Positions 27,769-39,349 of a stretch of 64,000 bases of DNA are shown here, piece by piece (positions within the stretch are counted from its first letter, which is position 1; each line of letters opens with the position of its first letter). A model generated the notes under the pieces. That model saw only the letters and a program-made list of their open reading frames with translations, was not told the origin of the DNA and did no database searches. Made by a program: the position numbers and the translations under genes. The stretch is from an uncultured Aliarcobacter sp. (lineage in GTDB: Bacteria > Campylobacterota > Campylobacteria > Campylobacterales > Arcobacteraceae), in assembly GCA_963677435.1 (NCBI GenBank), contig OY781945.1:896001-960000 (forward strand), read 5' to 3'.

Positions 27769-28761
27769 TTATTTTGTGTCAATTGCTTTTTTAATTAAAT
27801 CTTCACCAATCACATCATAAAACTTAGGATAAACTGTAGACATAGCTTTTCTCCATTGTTGTTTTTGCTCAGGTGTTAATTCAATAATTTGAAGCTTATT
27901 TGTTTCTTTAGCATATTTAGTTAATTCTGCCATAATTTTAGCATCTTCTAAAGCTGATTCTTTTCTTTCAAGAGCTGTAGCTTCTTTCATAGCTTGAGAT
28001 ACATCTGCTTGAAGATCTTTTGGTAATTTATTCCAGAATTGCTCATTCATAACTACTAAATAACCAAGGTATCCATGCTCACTCATAGTAAGACTAGATT
28101 GTACTTCATAGAATTTTTTTGTATAAAAGTTTGATAATGGATTTTCAGTTCCATCTACAACACCTTGTTGTAATGCTGAATATACTTCAGAGAATGGTAA
28201 TACTTGAGGATTTCCACCAACTGATTTAAATTGAGCTTCTAAAACTTTTGAACTTTGAATTCTAAATTTTAAACCTGCTGCATCTTCAGGTACGATTAGA
28301 GGTTGTTTACTACTTGAAAGGTCTTTAAATCCAGCATCCCAATAATCAAGTGCAATCATCTGTTTTTTTTCATCAACTTTTGATTTTAAAATTTTTCCAA
28401 CTTCACCATCCATAACATTATAAAGATGTGCTTTATCTCTGAAAAGGAATGGCAAGTCAAAAAGTTGCATTTGTGGTGCAATACTTGTAAACTTTGATAA
28501 ACTTGGCATAATTACTTGAACATTGTTCATCGCAAGTGCTTTAATTTCTTCACCATCACCATATAATTGTGAATTTGGGAATACTTGAACATCAATTTTC
28601 CCACCAGTTAATTCTTCAACTCTTTTTTCAAAAAAGTCTGCTGCTTTACCTTTTGGTGTACTTGCACTAACAACGTGACTTACTTTCATAACATAATCAG
28701 CTGCAAGTCCTGATGTTGCTAACATTGCTGCTGCAACTGTTCCTAAAACTAGTTTTCTCAT
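27769..28761 (-). CDS. dctP: TRAP transporter substrate-binding protein DctP (C4-dicarboxylate type)
   Basis: Signal peptide; SHVV...TPKG; QVFPNSQL; FDLPFLF; GLKFRIQSS; FSEVYSALQQGVVDGTEN. Confidence 0.95.
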   Translation of the reverse strand: MRKLVLGTVAAAMLATSGLAADYVMKVSHVVSASTPKGKAADFFEKRVEELTGGKIDVQVFPNSQLYGDGEEIKALAMNNVQVIMPSLSKFTSIAPQMQLFDLPFLFRDKAHLYNVMDGEVGKILKSKVDEKKQMIALDYWDAGFKDLSSSKQPLIVPEDAAGLKFRIQSSKVLEAQFKSVGGNPQVLPFSEVYSALQQGVVDGTENPLSNFYTKKFYEVQSSLTMSEHGYLGYLVVMNEQFWNKLPKDLQADVSQAMKEATALERKESALEDAKIMAELTKYAKETNKLQIIELTPEQKQQWRKAMSTVYPKFYDVIGEDLIKKAIDTK

Positions 28762-29037
28762 ATCTATCTCTCCTTAATTTTTGATATAAAAAAATTATAG
28801 TTAAAACTTGTGTAAGTATTATGTATTATATTAATTTTTTTTTACAATAAAATCTGTATTAAAAAATAACAAATGGTTAAAAAATATACAGTTTTGCAAT
28901 TTATTAAAACATTTTATATTGTACAATGTGAAACTGCGTGAGTTCGCTACTTTAGGTATTTAACCATAATTTAAACAAGTATATTGTAAATTATCGGACT
29001 TTACTAAGGGATATTTTAAAGATTAATATAAAGGAAA

Positions 29038-32000
29038 ATGATGGGGTGCAATTTAGACTTACTAACTTCTTTTAAAGATAATTGCGGGTTTGGTTTAGTA
29101 GCTGATATGAAAAACCGACCAAGTCATAAAAATTTAGAAGATGCAATAACTTCACTTGAAAGAATGATGCACAGGGGTGCAGTGGCAGCTGATGGTAAAA
29201 CTGGAGATGGTTCAGGTTTATTATTATCAATGCCAGATTTTTTTATGAGAAAAATAGCTTTAGAAAAAGGTATTGATTTACCTGAAATTTATGCTGTTGC
29301 TATGATTTTTACAAGAGATTTAACTGATATAGATGTTTTCATAGAATTTTGTGAAATAAATGATTTAAAAGTTGTACTTACAAGAACGGTTCCTGTAGAC
29401 ACCGATGCTCTTGGAGAACAAGCATTAGAGAGTTTACCACAAATTATACAAGTATTTGTTGTTCCAAATACATTAATGTCATCAAAAAGATTTGATGCAA
29501 TGCTTTATTTAACAAGAAAAGAGTGCGAACACAAATTAATAGATAAAAAAGATTTTTATATTCCAACATTTTCGTCAAAAGTAATAGCCTATAAAGGGCT
29601 AATTATGCCTACTCACATTAAACATTTTTATATTGATTTAAGAGATGAGGATTTTAAAATTTCTTTTTCATTGTTTCATCAAAGATTTTCAACAAATACA
29701 CTTCCATTATGGAGATTAGCGCAACCTTTTAGAGCAATAGCTCACAATGGAGAAATTAACTCTGTTGAAGCAAATAGATTTAATGTAGAAGTAAAATCAG
29801 AACAATTAAAATCAGAAATTTTTTCTGAAGATGAAATGAAAAGATTATTACCAATCTTACAAAATGTAGGTTCAGATTCTACTTCATTAGATAATATGTT
29901 TGAGTTTTTATTAGCAAATGGTGTTGACTTTTTTAAAGCTGCACGGGCACTTGTTCCTGCACCTTGGCAAAATGCACCACATATGGATTCTAATTTAAGA
30001 GCATTTTATGAATATACAGCAACTGCAATGGAAGCTTGGGATGGACCAGCTGCTGTATCTTTAACAGATGGAAGACATATTGGATGTTTGATTGATAGAA
30101 ATGGATTAAGACCATCAAAATATGTTATTACAAAAGATGATAAATTATATATTACATCAGAATATGGAACTTTAAAAATCGAAGATGATAACATTTTAGA
30201 AAGAGGAAGATTACAATCAGGACAAATGATTGCACTTGATCTTAAACATGGAAAAATTCTAAAAGAAGATGATATTAATGACTATTTAAAATCATCACAA
30301 CACTATTCAAAATGGTTAAATGATGATATGGATTATATTCAAGAGTATATTGAAGATACTTTTTTAAATGTTAAAGATTATAAATTAGAAAATTTAGAGA
30401 AAAAACAAAAATTCTTTAATGTTACATATGAAGTATTAGATCAAGTAATTGAGCCAATGGCAAAAGATGGAAAAGAACCAGTTGGTTCTATGGGAGATGA
30501 TACTCCATTAGCATGTTTTTCAACTGTAAATAGAAATTTTACAGATTATTTTAGACAAAAATTTGCTCAAGTTACAAATCCACCAATTGATCCATATAGA
30601 GAAAAAGTTGTAATGTCTTTAGAAACTGGATTTGGAAAAGTACATAATATTCTAGATGAAAAACCAGAATATGCTAGAAGATTAAAAGTAACAAGTCCTA
30701 TTTTAATGAAAGAAAAATATGATGTTTTATTCTCTTTTGGTGATGAAAGATCTCCAAGATATGATAAATATTATAAAAATAGAATATTTACAACAACATT
30801 TAAAAAAGATTTAAAAGCCGCATTAGAAAGATTATCTTCTTATGTAATTAAAGCTGTAAAAAATGATGGTGTTTCTGTTGTAATTTTAGATGATAGAGCT
30901 GTAAATGAAAATGAAAAAGTAATTCCTGCTGCAATGGCTGTTGGTTATGTTAATCAACAACTATTAAAAAGTGGTGTTAGACATAATGTTTCAATTGTAT
31001 CAATTACGGGTGAAGTTTATGATCCTCATATGGCAGCTGTTTTAATTGCATTTGGAGTTACAGCAATTTATCCATATATGATGTATGCTTCAACAATAGC
31101 ACTTTTCCAAAGAGAAAAACCATCTAAATATGAGATGCAAAAGTATTTAAAAAATACTCAAAAATCAGTTAATGCTGGATTATTAAAAATCATGTCAAAA
31201 ATGGGAATTTGTACAATAGCTTCGTATAGAAACTCAGGTTTATTTGATATTATTGGTTTAAGTGATGAAATCAACAATGACTGTTTTACAGGTGCGCATA
31301 GTGATTTATGTGGATTAACATATGCAGATATTGAAGAAAAAATTAATAAATCTCATTTTAATGCATTTGTAGAAGAAAATACAGTTTTCCCACTTGATTT
31401 AGGTGGATTTTATAAATATAGCAATGGTGGTGAATATCATGATTATGGTCCAGCTACAACTAAAGCTATGCATAATAAAAAAGCAACAAAAAAAGAAGAT
31501 TTAACTGATTTTGATGGATTAAGAGATTTAGTAAATAATAGAGATAAAAAATTTATTAGAGATTTCTTTGAATTTAATTCAGATAAAACTGCTATTGATT
31601 TAAGTGAAGTTGAATCAAAAGAAGATATTTTCAAAAGATTTGCAAGTGCTGCTATGTCACTTGGATCTATTTCTCCTGAAGCTCATGAGGCAATGGCAAT
31701 TGCTATGAATACTATTGGTGGTATGTCAAACTCAGGTGAGGGTGGAGAAGATTCAAAAAGATTTGGAACAATAAAAAATTCTAAAATTAAACAAGTAGCA
31801 TCTGGAAGATTTGGTGTTACACCTGCTTATTTAAGAAGTGCTGAAGAGTTACAAATTAAAGTTGCACAAGGTGCAAAACCAGGTGAAGGTGGTCAATTAC
31901 CAGGACATAAAGTTACTCCTTTAATTGCAACACTTAGACATACAGTTGCTGGTGTTACATTGATTTCACCACCACCACACCATGATATTTATTCAATTGA

Positions 32001-33477
32001 AGATTTAGCTCAATTAATTTTTGATTTAAAACAAATCAATCCATTAGCTAAAATTACAGTTAAACTTGTATCTTCAATTGGTGTTGGAACAATTGCAGCA
32101 GGTGTTGCAAAAGCTTATGCTGATAAAATTGTTATCTCTGGTGGAGATGGAGGAACAGGAGCTGCTCCTTTAACATCAATCAAACATGCTGGTAATCCTT
32201 GGGAAATGGGGCTTTCAGAAGCTCATAATGCTTTAAAAGCAAATAAACTAAGAGAATTCGTTCATGTACAAACTGATGGTGGATTAAAAACAGGTCTTGA
32301 TGTTGTAAAAGCAGCAATGCTTGGTGCTGAATCTTATGCATTTGGAACAGCATCTTTAACACTTCTTGGATGTAAAATTTTAAGAATTTGTCATACAAAT
32401 AAGTGTTCTGTTGGGGTTGCTACTCAAGATGAAACATTAAGAGATCATTTTACAGGTACGGTTGAAAGATTAATTTCATACTTTACTTTTATTGCAGAAG
32501 ATGTAAGAGCAATTCTTGCATCATTGGGTTATAAAACTATTGAAGAAATAGTTGGAAGATCTGATTTATTAAAAGTAATTGATGATAAATTTGCACAAAA
32601 ATTTGATTTCCAAAACATTTTAAGAAAAATTGATGGAATTGATACTTGTCAAAAAGATACAAATCCTCCTTTTGATGATAATAAATTTGAAAAAGAGTTA
32701 TTGAAAAAAGTTCATAGAACAATAGAAAATCCAAATTCTCCTATAAAAGTTAGTTCAGATATCTCTAACTTAAATAGATCATTTGGTGCTTTAATTTCTG
32801 GAGAAATTGCAAGATTTTATGGAGATAAAGGATTACCAGAGAACTCTATTAGTATCAATTTAAAAGGAATTGCTGGTCAATCATTTGGTGCTTTTTTATC
32901 AAAAGGTATGAATCTATATCTTGATGGTGCTGCTAATGACTATGTTGGTAAAGGAATGAATGGTGGTAAAATTATCATCAATCCAATCCACCAAGGTAGC
33001 CAATTTGCTGGTGCTGGAAATACATGTTTATATGGTGCAACAGGTGGAAAATTATATATTAGAGCTGCTGTTGGTGAAAGATTTGCTGTAAGAAACTCAG
33101 GAACTATTTCTGTTGTTGAAGGTACAGGAGATAATCCATGTGAGTATATGACAGGTGGAATAGTTGTTATTTTAGGAAACACTGGAATTAACTTTGGTGC
33201 AGGTATGACTGGTGGTTTAGCATTTGTTTACGACCCTGAAAAAACATTTGTTGATAAAATGAATCAAGAACTAATTGAACCTGTTCGTGTTGATACAGAT
33301 GATACAGAGAGAGAAAGATTATATTTAAAAAGATTATTATTAGACTATTTACATGAAACACAAAGTGAAATAGCTGAAGAGATATTACAAAACTTTAGAG
33401 CAGAAATTAGAAATTTCTGGATGATTAAACCTAAAAATATGACAGTGTTACCACTGGATCCGGACAAGGGAGATTAA
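29038..33477 (+). CDS. gltB: Glutamate synthase large subunit
   Basis: N-terminal nucleophile CGFG; HQRFSTNT; HNGEIN; FAQVTNPPID; KQVASGRFGV; AQGAKPGEGGQLPG; C..LRICHTNKC; GXGXG C-terminal domain. The second ATG (29041) may be the true start. Confidence 0.98.
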   Translation: MMGCNLDLLTSFKDNCGFGLVADMKNRPSHKNLEDAITSLERMMHRGAVAADGKTGDGSGLLLSMPDFFMRKIALEKGIDLPEIYAVAMIFTRDLTDIDVFIEFCEINDLKVVLTRTVPVDTDALGEQALESLPQIIQVFVVPNTLMSSKRFDAMLYLTRKECEHKLIDKKDFYIPTFSSKVIAYKGLIMPTHIKHFYIDLRDEDFKISFSLFHQRFSTNTLPLWRLAQPFRAIAHNGEINSVEANRFNVEVKSEQLKSEIFSEDEMKRLLPILQNVGSDSTSLDNMFEFLLANGVDFFKAARALVPAPWQNAPHMDSNLRAFYEYTATAMEAWDGPAAVSLTDGRHIGCLIDRNGLRPSKYVITKDDKLYITSEYGTLKIEDDNILERGRLQSGQMIALDLKHGKILKEDDINDYLKSSQHYSKWLNDDMDYIQEYIEDTFLNVKDYKLENLEKKQKFFNVTYEVLDQVIEPMAKDGKEPVGSMGDDTPLACFSTVNRNFTDYFRQKFAQVTNPPIDPYREKVVMSLETGFGKVHNILDEKPEYARRLKVTSPILMKEKYDVLFSFGDERSPRYDKYYKNRIFTTTFKKDLKAALERLSSYVIKAVKNDGVSVVILDDRAVNENEKVIPAAMAVGYVNQQLLKSGVRHNVSIVSITGEVYDPHMAAVLIAFGVTAIYPYMMYASTIALFQREKPSKYEMQKYLKNTQKSVNAGLLKIMSKMGICTIASYRNSGLFDIIGLSDEINNDCFTGAHSDLCGLTYADIEEKINKSHFNAFVEENTVFPLDLGGFYKYSNGGEYHDYGPATTKAMHNKKATKKEDLTDFDGLRDLVNNRDKKFIRDFFEFNSDKTAIDLSEVESKEDIFKRFASAAMSLGSISPEAHEAMAIAMNTIGGMSNSGEGGEDSKRFGTIKNSKIKQVASGRFGVTPAYLRSAEELQIKVAQGAKPGEGGQLPGHKVTPLIATLRHTVAGVTLISPPPHHDIYSIEDLAQLIFDLKQINPLAKITVKLVSSIGVGTIAAGVAKAYADKIVISGGDGGTGAAPLTSIKHAGNPWEMGLSEAHNALKANKLREFVHVQTDGGLKTGLDVVKAAMLGAESYAFGTASLTLLGCKILRICHTNKCSVGVATQDETLRDHFTGTVERLISYFTFIAEDVRAILASLGYKTIEEIVGRSDLLKVIDDKFAQKFDFQNILRKIDGIDTCQKDTNPPFDDNKFEKELLKKVHRTIENPNSPIKVSSDISNLNRSFGALISGEIARFYGDKGLPENSISINLKGIAGQSFGAFLSKGMNLYLDGAANDYVGKGMNGGKIIINPIHQGSQFAGAGNTCLYGATGGKLYIRAAVGERFAVRNSGTISVVEGTGDNPCEYMTGGIVVILGNTGINFGAGMTGGLAFVYDPEKTFVDKMNQELIEPVRVDTDDTERERLYLKRLLLDYLHETQSEIAEEILQNFRAEIRNFWMIKPKNMTVLPLDPDKGD

Positions 33478-33481
33478 AGAG

Positions 33482-34855
33482 ATGTTAAACTTTACAAAAT
33501 TTGAAAGAATTAATCCTGAAAAAAGGGATGTACTTCAAAGATTAAAAGATTTCAAAGAGGTATATCAAGTATTTGGAAAACAAAGAGCAACTGAGCAAGC
33601 TGATAGATGTATGCAATGTGGAGATCCATATTGCCATACAGGTTGTCCATTAGGAAACTATATTCCAGCCTGGTTAAAACAAACAGCAACTAAAAATCCA
33701 GATATGGCGTTTGCTTTATCAAATGAAACATCACCTTTTCCAGAAATTCTAGGAAGAATTTGTCCACAAGATGTATTATGTGAGGGCGCATGTTCTTTAA
33801 ATACTGGACATGGTGCAATTTCAATTGGTGCAATTGAAACATTTATTTCAGAAGATGCATTTGAAAAAGGAATGAAACCTAAATTCCCTGAGCATAAAAA
33901 TGACAAAAAAGTTGCTGTTATTGGTTCAGGACCTGCTGGAATTTCTGCTGCAACATTCCTTTTAAGAAAAGGTTTTAATGTTGAAATGTTTGAGCGATCA
34001 GATAGAGGTGGTGGGCTTTTAATGTATGGAATTCCAGGATTTAAGCTTGATAAAACAACAGTTGATAGAAGACTTAATTGGTTATTAGAAGCTGGAATGA
34101 AATTACATACAAATTGTGAGATAGGGAAAGACAAATCTATTTCAGAACTTGAAAAAGATTTTGATGCAATATTTTTAGGTATTGGTGCAACTGCTAGTAA
34201 TGAAGTAAAAATTGAAGGAGAAAAATCTTCAAATGTTCATTTTGCAATTGATTTTTTAACTGGACTTCAAAAAAGAAATCTTGGAAATAAAAATATTGAT
34301 TTCATTGATGTAAAAGATAAAAAAGTTGTTGTAATTGGTGGTGGAGATACTGCTATGGACTGTGTTAGAACATCTGTTAGAGAAGGTGCACATACTGTAA
34401 AATGTCTTTATAGAAGAGATGAAGCAAATATGCCAGGATCTAAAAAAGAAGTTGTTAATGCAAAAGAAGAAGGTGTTGAATTTGTATTTAATGTTTCTCC
34501 TAAATCAATTAAAGTTCAAAATGATTTAGCAATAGCTGTTGAATTATATGAAACTTCAATGAGTGAAGCGGATGCTAGTGGAAGACAAAAAGTTACAATA
34601 ATTGAGGGAAGTGAATATTTAGAAGAAGCTGATATTATAATCTTAGCATTAGGATTCTCTCCTGAAGTTCCAGCATTTTTAAAAGAATTAAATGTTGAAA
34701 CAAATTCATGGGGTGGAATTGTAATTGATTCTAAATTTAAAACTTCAAACAAAAAAGTATATGCTGGTGGAGATTGCCGAAGAGGTGCTCACTTAGCAGT
34801 TACTGCTGCACTTGATGGACGAGAAGCTGCAAAAGCTATTATAAAAGAAATATAA
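33482..34855 (+). CDS. gltD: Glutamate synthase small subunit
   Basis: RCMQCGDPYCHTGCP, GRICPQDVLCEGAC, GSGPAG, GGGDTAMDC, YAGGD. Confidence 0.97.
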   Translation: MLNFTKFERINPEKRDVLQRLKDFKEVYQVFGKQRATEQADRCMQCGDPYCHTGCPLGNYIPAWLKQTATKNPDMAFALSNETSPFPEILGRICPQDVLCEGACSLNTGHGAISIGAIETFISEDAFEKGMKPKFPEHKNDKKVAVIGSGPAGISAATFLLRKGFNVEMFERSDRGGGLLMYGIPGFKLDKTTVDRRLNWLLEAGMKLHTNCEIGKDKSISELEKDFDAIFLGIGATASNEVKIEGEKSSNVHFAIDFLTGLQKRNLGNKNIDFIDVKDKKVVVIGGGDTAMDCVRTSVREGAHTVKCLYRRDEANMPGSKKEVVNAKEEGVEFVFNVSPKSIKVQNDLAIAVELYETSMSEADASGRQKVTIIEGSEYLEEADIIILALGFSPEVPAFLKELNVETNSWGGIVIDSKFKTSNKKVYAGGDCRRGAHLAVTAALDGREAAKAIIKEI

Positions 34856-34861
34856 AAATAA

Positions 34862-35617
34862 ATGAATACTAAACTTACAGCCTTATATAAAGAGAATTTT
34901 ATAAAGGCTGTAATCCTTGCAAATAAAAAACTCTTTACTTACTTAAATACAAATCTAACTTTAAATGATTATGAATACACAAATACAATAGGTTTTGGTG
35001 GAGATAATTCTTTAATGATGGATTTAATTGCAGAAAATATTTTTATAGAATTTTTAGAAGAATTTGGGAATATTTACTCAGAAGAGTGTGGTTTAAAAAC
35101 TACAAATAAAGAGTGTACAATTATTATAGATCCAATAGATGGAAGTAACAATTTTTATTCTAAATTACCTTATTATGGATCTTCCGTAGCTTTGCAAAAA
35201 GATGGAATTACAATTGCTGGATTTGTTACAAATTTAGCAACGGGTATTATTACTTATCGAGCATTTGATAGTGAAATTAAATATTTTTCACTTTTAGAAG
35301 ACAAAGAAATAATGCCTGTTATATTATCAAAAACAAAGATTTCTATTTTTGAAAGAGCATATGATTATCCTGAGATTTGTCAAAAATTATATGAAAATAA
35401 GATAAAATTTAGAATATTAGGTGCAGTTGCTTTGTCTTTAACTGATGCCATAAATTATGATTTTGTATTGTATTTTGGGAATATAAGAGAGTTTGATGTG
35501 GCAGCTGCTTTGTATATTAATAAAGATTTTTTCATTTATAAAACCGATGAATCATTACTCATAACAAAAAATAAACAAAAATTTGATTTAATTAAAGAAA
35601 TAATTAATGAATTTTAG
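34862..35617 (+). CDS. Inositol monophosphatase / FBPase-IMPase family protein
   Basis: GFGGD....DL.AE, SEECG, IIDPIDGSNNF, RILGAVALSL, R.FDVAA. Confidence 0.85.
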   Translation: MNTKLTALYKENFIKAVILANKKLFTYLNTNLTLNDYEYTNTIGFGGDNSLMMDLIAENIFIEFLEEFGNIYSEECGLKTTNKECTIIIDPIDGSNNFYSKLPYYGSSVALQKDGITIAGFVTNLATGIITYRAFDSEIKYFSLLEDKEIMPVILSKTKISIFERAYDYPEICQKLYENKIKFRILGAVALSLTDAINYDFVLYFGNIREFDVAAALYINKDFFIYKTDESLLITKNKQKFDLIKEIINEF

Positions 35618-35649
35618 GTTATAACTCCAAGATAAATAAATTACACTAG

Positions 35650-35915
<266 letters not shown>

Positions 35916-35916
<1 letters not shown>

Positions 35917-37382
35917 TGTCTAAAGTAACAACTATTATCGACATTGGGTCTAACTCAATGCGAATGGTTGTATTACAAAAAAGTAGTAGGTTTGCATTTA
36001 GTTTAATAAATGAAACAAAAAGTAGAGTTAAAATTTCTGAAGGTTGTTATGAAAATAACGGAAACCTACAAGAGATTCCTATGCAAAGAGCATATGAATC
36101 TTTAAAATCTTTTTTAAATATATCTAAATCGTTAAAATCAAGAAAAATTATTTGTGTTGCAACATCAGCTTTAAGGGATGCTCCAAATTCTAATGTGTTT
36201 ATTTCTAGAATCTCAAAAGATTTAGGATTAAATATTAAAGTAATTGATGGAGAAAAAGAGGCTTATTATGGTGGCGTTGCTGCTTTAAATTTACTTCATG
36301 AGGATACTTTTGTAACTGTTGATATTGGTGGAGGTTCTACTGAATTTTGTTTTGTAAAAGATGGAAAGGTAGAAAAATCAATATCTTTAAATATAGGTAC
36401 TGTTAGAATAAAAGAACTTTATTTTAATAAAAATGATATTGAAGGTGCAAGAAAAAATATCTTAGATAATTTAAAAAGTATTTTTGAATTAGATATTGTA
36501 ATTCCTAAAAAAGTTGTAGGAATTGGTGGAAGTATAAGAGCCTTATCTAAAATAGTAATGTCAAATAATGACTATCCTTTGGATATTCTTCATGGTTATA
36601 CTTATAAAGTAAAAAAAGAATCTTTTTTGTTTGGACAAATTATTGAAGCCCGAAACAATGATGAATTGAAATCATTAGGAGTAAAAAAAGATAGATTTGA
36701 TACGATAAAAGAGGGTGCTTTTATATTTAAAACTATTTTAGATGAACTTAACATTAGTGAAGTTATAACTTCAGGAGCTGGAGTTAGAGAAGGTGTTTAT
36801 TTAACTGATGTATTAAGAAATTGTAATCATAAATTTCCTGCTAATTTTAATGTTAGTGTTAGATCTTTACTTGATAGATTTCAAATCGATGAAAAACAAA
36901 GTGCTTTCATGGGAAATAATGCAAGTAAAATTTTTGATGTGTTAAAGCCTTTACATAATTTAGATAATAAATTTAGAACGCTTCTTATAATTGCATCTAA
37001 ACTTCACTCTATTGGTTCAACACTTAACTTTTATAAATCAAATGATAATGCATTTGATTTTATATTAAATGGCTTAAATTATGATTTTTTACATACTTCA
37101 AGGGTTGTTGTAGCTCATACAATTAAATTTTCTAAAAAATCTCTTCCATCAAGAAGTGATATTTTAAAATATCAAGAGCTTTTACCATCTTTAGAAGTAA
37201 TGCAATGGATGTCTTTTATGATTTCACTTAATATTGCAATTAATCAAGATTTATCAAGACCAAAAGTTGAATATACACTTGATAATGATACATTAAAAAT
37301 AAATTTATCTAATAAATCATTTTTAATTCAATCAAATATCGATAAATTGGAAAGTCCTGAAGATTTAAGTATCGAGATTTAG
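35916..37382 (+). CDS. ppx: Ppx/GppA exopolyphosphatase / pppGpp phosphohydrolase
   Basis: IDIGSNSMR, VATSALRDAPN, IDGEKEA, DIGGGSTE, GIGGSIRA, GVREG. Confidence 0.93.
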
Positions 37383-38392
37383 TGATGAATGAAGTAGTTT
37401 ATAAAAGAATTGCAGTTGTTAAACTATCTGCAATGGGTGATATTATACATGCAATGGTAGCTTTACAATTCATAAAAAAAAGATTTCCAAATTTGATAAT
37501 TGATTGGTTTGTTGAAAAAAGTTTTTCAGAAATTTTAAATAATAATCCAGATATTGACAATGTTTATGAATTAAATTTAAAATCTCTTAAAAAAGATAAG
37601 TTTAAGATATTTGAGCAAATTAAACTAATAAGGAATTATTCTAAAAATAATTATGATTTAGTTATAGATGCTCAAGGTTTGCTCAAATCAGCAATTGTTT
37701 CAAAACTATTAGGAAAAAATATTGCAGGTTTTGGTAAAAACTCAATACGAGAAAAACTTGCATCATTCTTTTATAATATAAAAGTTGACATTGCTTATGA
37801 TGAAAATACAATAGATAGAAACTGTAAGATATTATCTACTCCTTTAGGATTTGATATTAATTCAGAGGATATTATAAATAAAGAGGCATTTTTATTTTAT
37901 GATAATAACAATATGGTGGATAATTATTTATCTACAGATAAAAAAAATATTATATTTGTTGTCGGTTCAACTTGGGAAAGTAGAAATTATCCTAAAGAAA
38001 AATTTGCACAATTAGCAAATGCTTTAAAAGAAAATATTATAATTGTCTGGGGAAATGAAGATGAAAGATCTAAAGCAGATTTTATTTCAAGCCATTCTAT
38101 TTATGCAAATGTTTCTGCTAAATTATCATTGAATAATTTAAAATATTTAATCTCAAAATCAGATTTATTAATCGGTAATGATACTGGACCTACTCATATT
38201 GCATGGGGATTAAATATTCCATCAATTACAATTTTTGGACCAACACCTATTAATAGAGTCTATCAAACAAATATAAATAAAGTTATAAAATCAAATTCAA
38301 TTGTTAATCCTTTTAAACTTAATAAAAATGACTTTTCAATTAATGATATTGAAGTTGATGATATTTTAAAATTAGTAAAGAGTTTATTATGA
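37382..38392 (+). CDS. waaC: LPS heptosyltransferase I (GT9)
   Basis: VKLSAMGDIIH, IDWFVE, DLVIDAQGLLKSA, IGNDTGPTH; ppx-waaC-lpxL synteny. Confidence 0.93.
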   Translation: MMNEVVYKRIAVVKLSAMGDIIHAMVALQFIKKRFPNLIIDWFVEKSFSEILNNNPDIDNVYELNLKSLKKDKFKIFEQIKLIRNYSKNNYDLVIDAQGLLKSAIVSKLLGKNIAGFGKNSIREKLASFFYNIKVDIAYDENTIDRNCKILSTPLGFDINSEDIINKEAFLFYDNNNMVDNYLSTDKKNIIFVVGSTWESRNYPKEKFAQLANALKENIIIVWGNEDERSKADFISSHSIYANVSAKLSLNNLKYLISKSDLLIGNDTGPTHIAWGLNIPSITIFGPTPINRVYQTNINKVIKSNSIVNPFKLNKNDFSINDIEVDDILKLVKSLL

Positions 38393-39285
38393 TAGATTAT
38401 ATATATTTAACAATATTTTATATCTTTAGATTTATTATTAAAAATACACCTAGATTTATACTTAGTTCTTTTATCACATTATTGTCTTTTTTAATTTTTA
38501 AAATTGATAAAAAACATAGAAAAATTGCAAAAGTAAATTTAGATTTGGCTTTCGAATCAAAATATAGTGAAAATGAAAAAACTGATATTATAAAAAAATG
38601 TTATAAAAACTTGTTATTTGTATTAGCTGATTTTGTTAAGAATCAAGGTTCAACAAAAGAAGAAATATTAGAAAAAATCACATTTAAAAATGAAGATATT
38701 TTAACAGGTTATTTAAAACAAAATAAAAAAATAATTATGATTACAGCACATTATGGTAATTGGGAATTATTATCTTTAGCTGTTGCTGCTAAATTTATGC
38801 CTTTATCTATTGTTGGTAGAGACTTAGATTCAAAAGTTATGAATAAAATTTTACTAAAAAATAGAGAACAATTTGATATTGAAATTTTAAGTAAATCTGG
38901 TGCTATGAAAGGTATGATTAAGGCTTTAAAAAGTAATAGACCTATTGGTTTACTTGTTGATCAAAATACTAAAAGTAATGAAGGTGAACTTATAGATTTC
39001 TTTTCAAAAAAAGCTAGACATACCCCATCTGCTGCATTATTAGCAAAAAAATTCGATGCTGTTATTATTCCTGCGTTTATTGCTACTGCTGATGATCATA
39101 AAACATATGAAATTAGTTTTTATGAACCAATTTTTTATGATGAAGGAGATGATGAAGATTCTTTAATTCGATGTGTACAAGCACAAGCTGATATTACACA
39201 AAAAATAATTGAGAAAAAACCTGATGAATGGTTCTGGCTTCATCAAAGATGGAAAAATCAATATGAAGATTTATATAAAAATTAA
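38389..39285 (+). CDS. lpxL: Lipid A late acyltransferase (LpxL/HtrB family)
   Basis: TAHYGNWEL (HxxxxE), LLVDQ, PDEWFWLHQRWK. Confidence 0.9.
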   Translation: MIDYIYLTIFYIFRFIIKNTPRFILSSFITLLSFLIFKIDKKHRKIAKVNLDLAFESKYSENEKTDIIKKCYKNLLFVLADFVKNQGSTKEEILEKITFKNEDILTGYLKQNKKIIMITAHYGNWELLSLAVAAKFMPLSIVGRDLDSKVMNKILLKNREQFDIEILSKSGAMKGMIKALKSNRPIGLLVDQNTKSNEGELIDFFSKKARHTPSAALLAKKFDAVIIPAFIATADDHKTYEISFYEPIFYDEGDDEDSLIRCVQAQADITQKIIEKKPDEWFWLHQRWKNQYEDLYKN

Positions 39286-39349
39286 TTAAACTAGCTTGTA
39301 AGATAAACTTAGATATTATTGCTATTTATAAATTAAATTAGGGATAAGA

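Noticed and set aside
28874..28899. TGG...TTGCA as a sigma54 promoter for gltB
   Set aside because: The GG-to-GC spacing is far longer than the required -24/-12 geometry.
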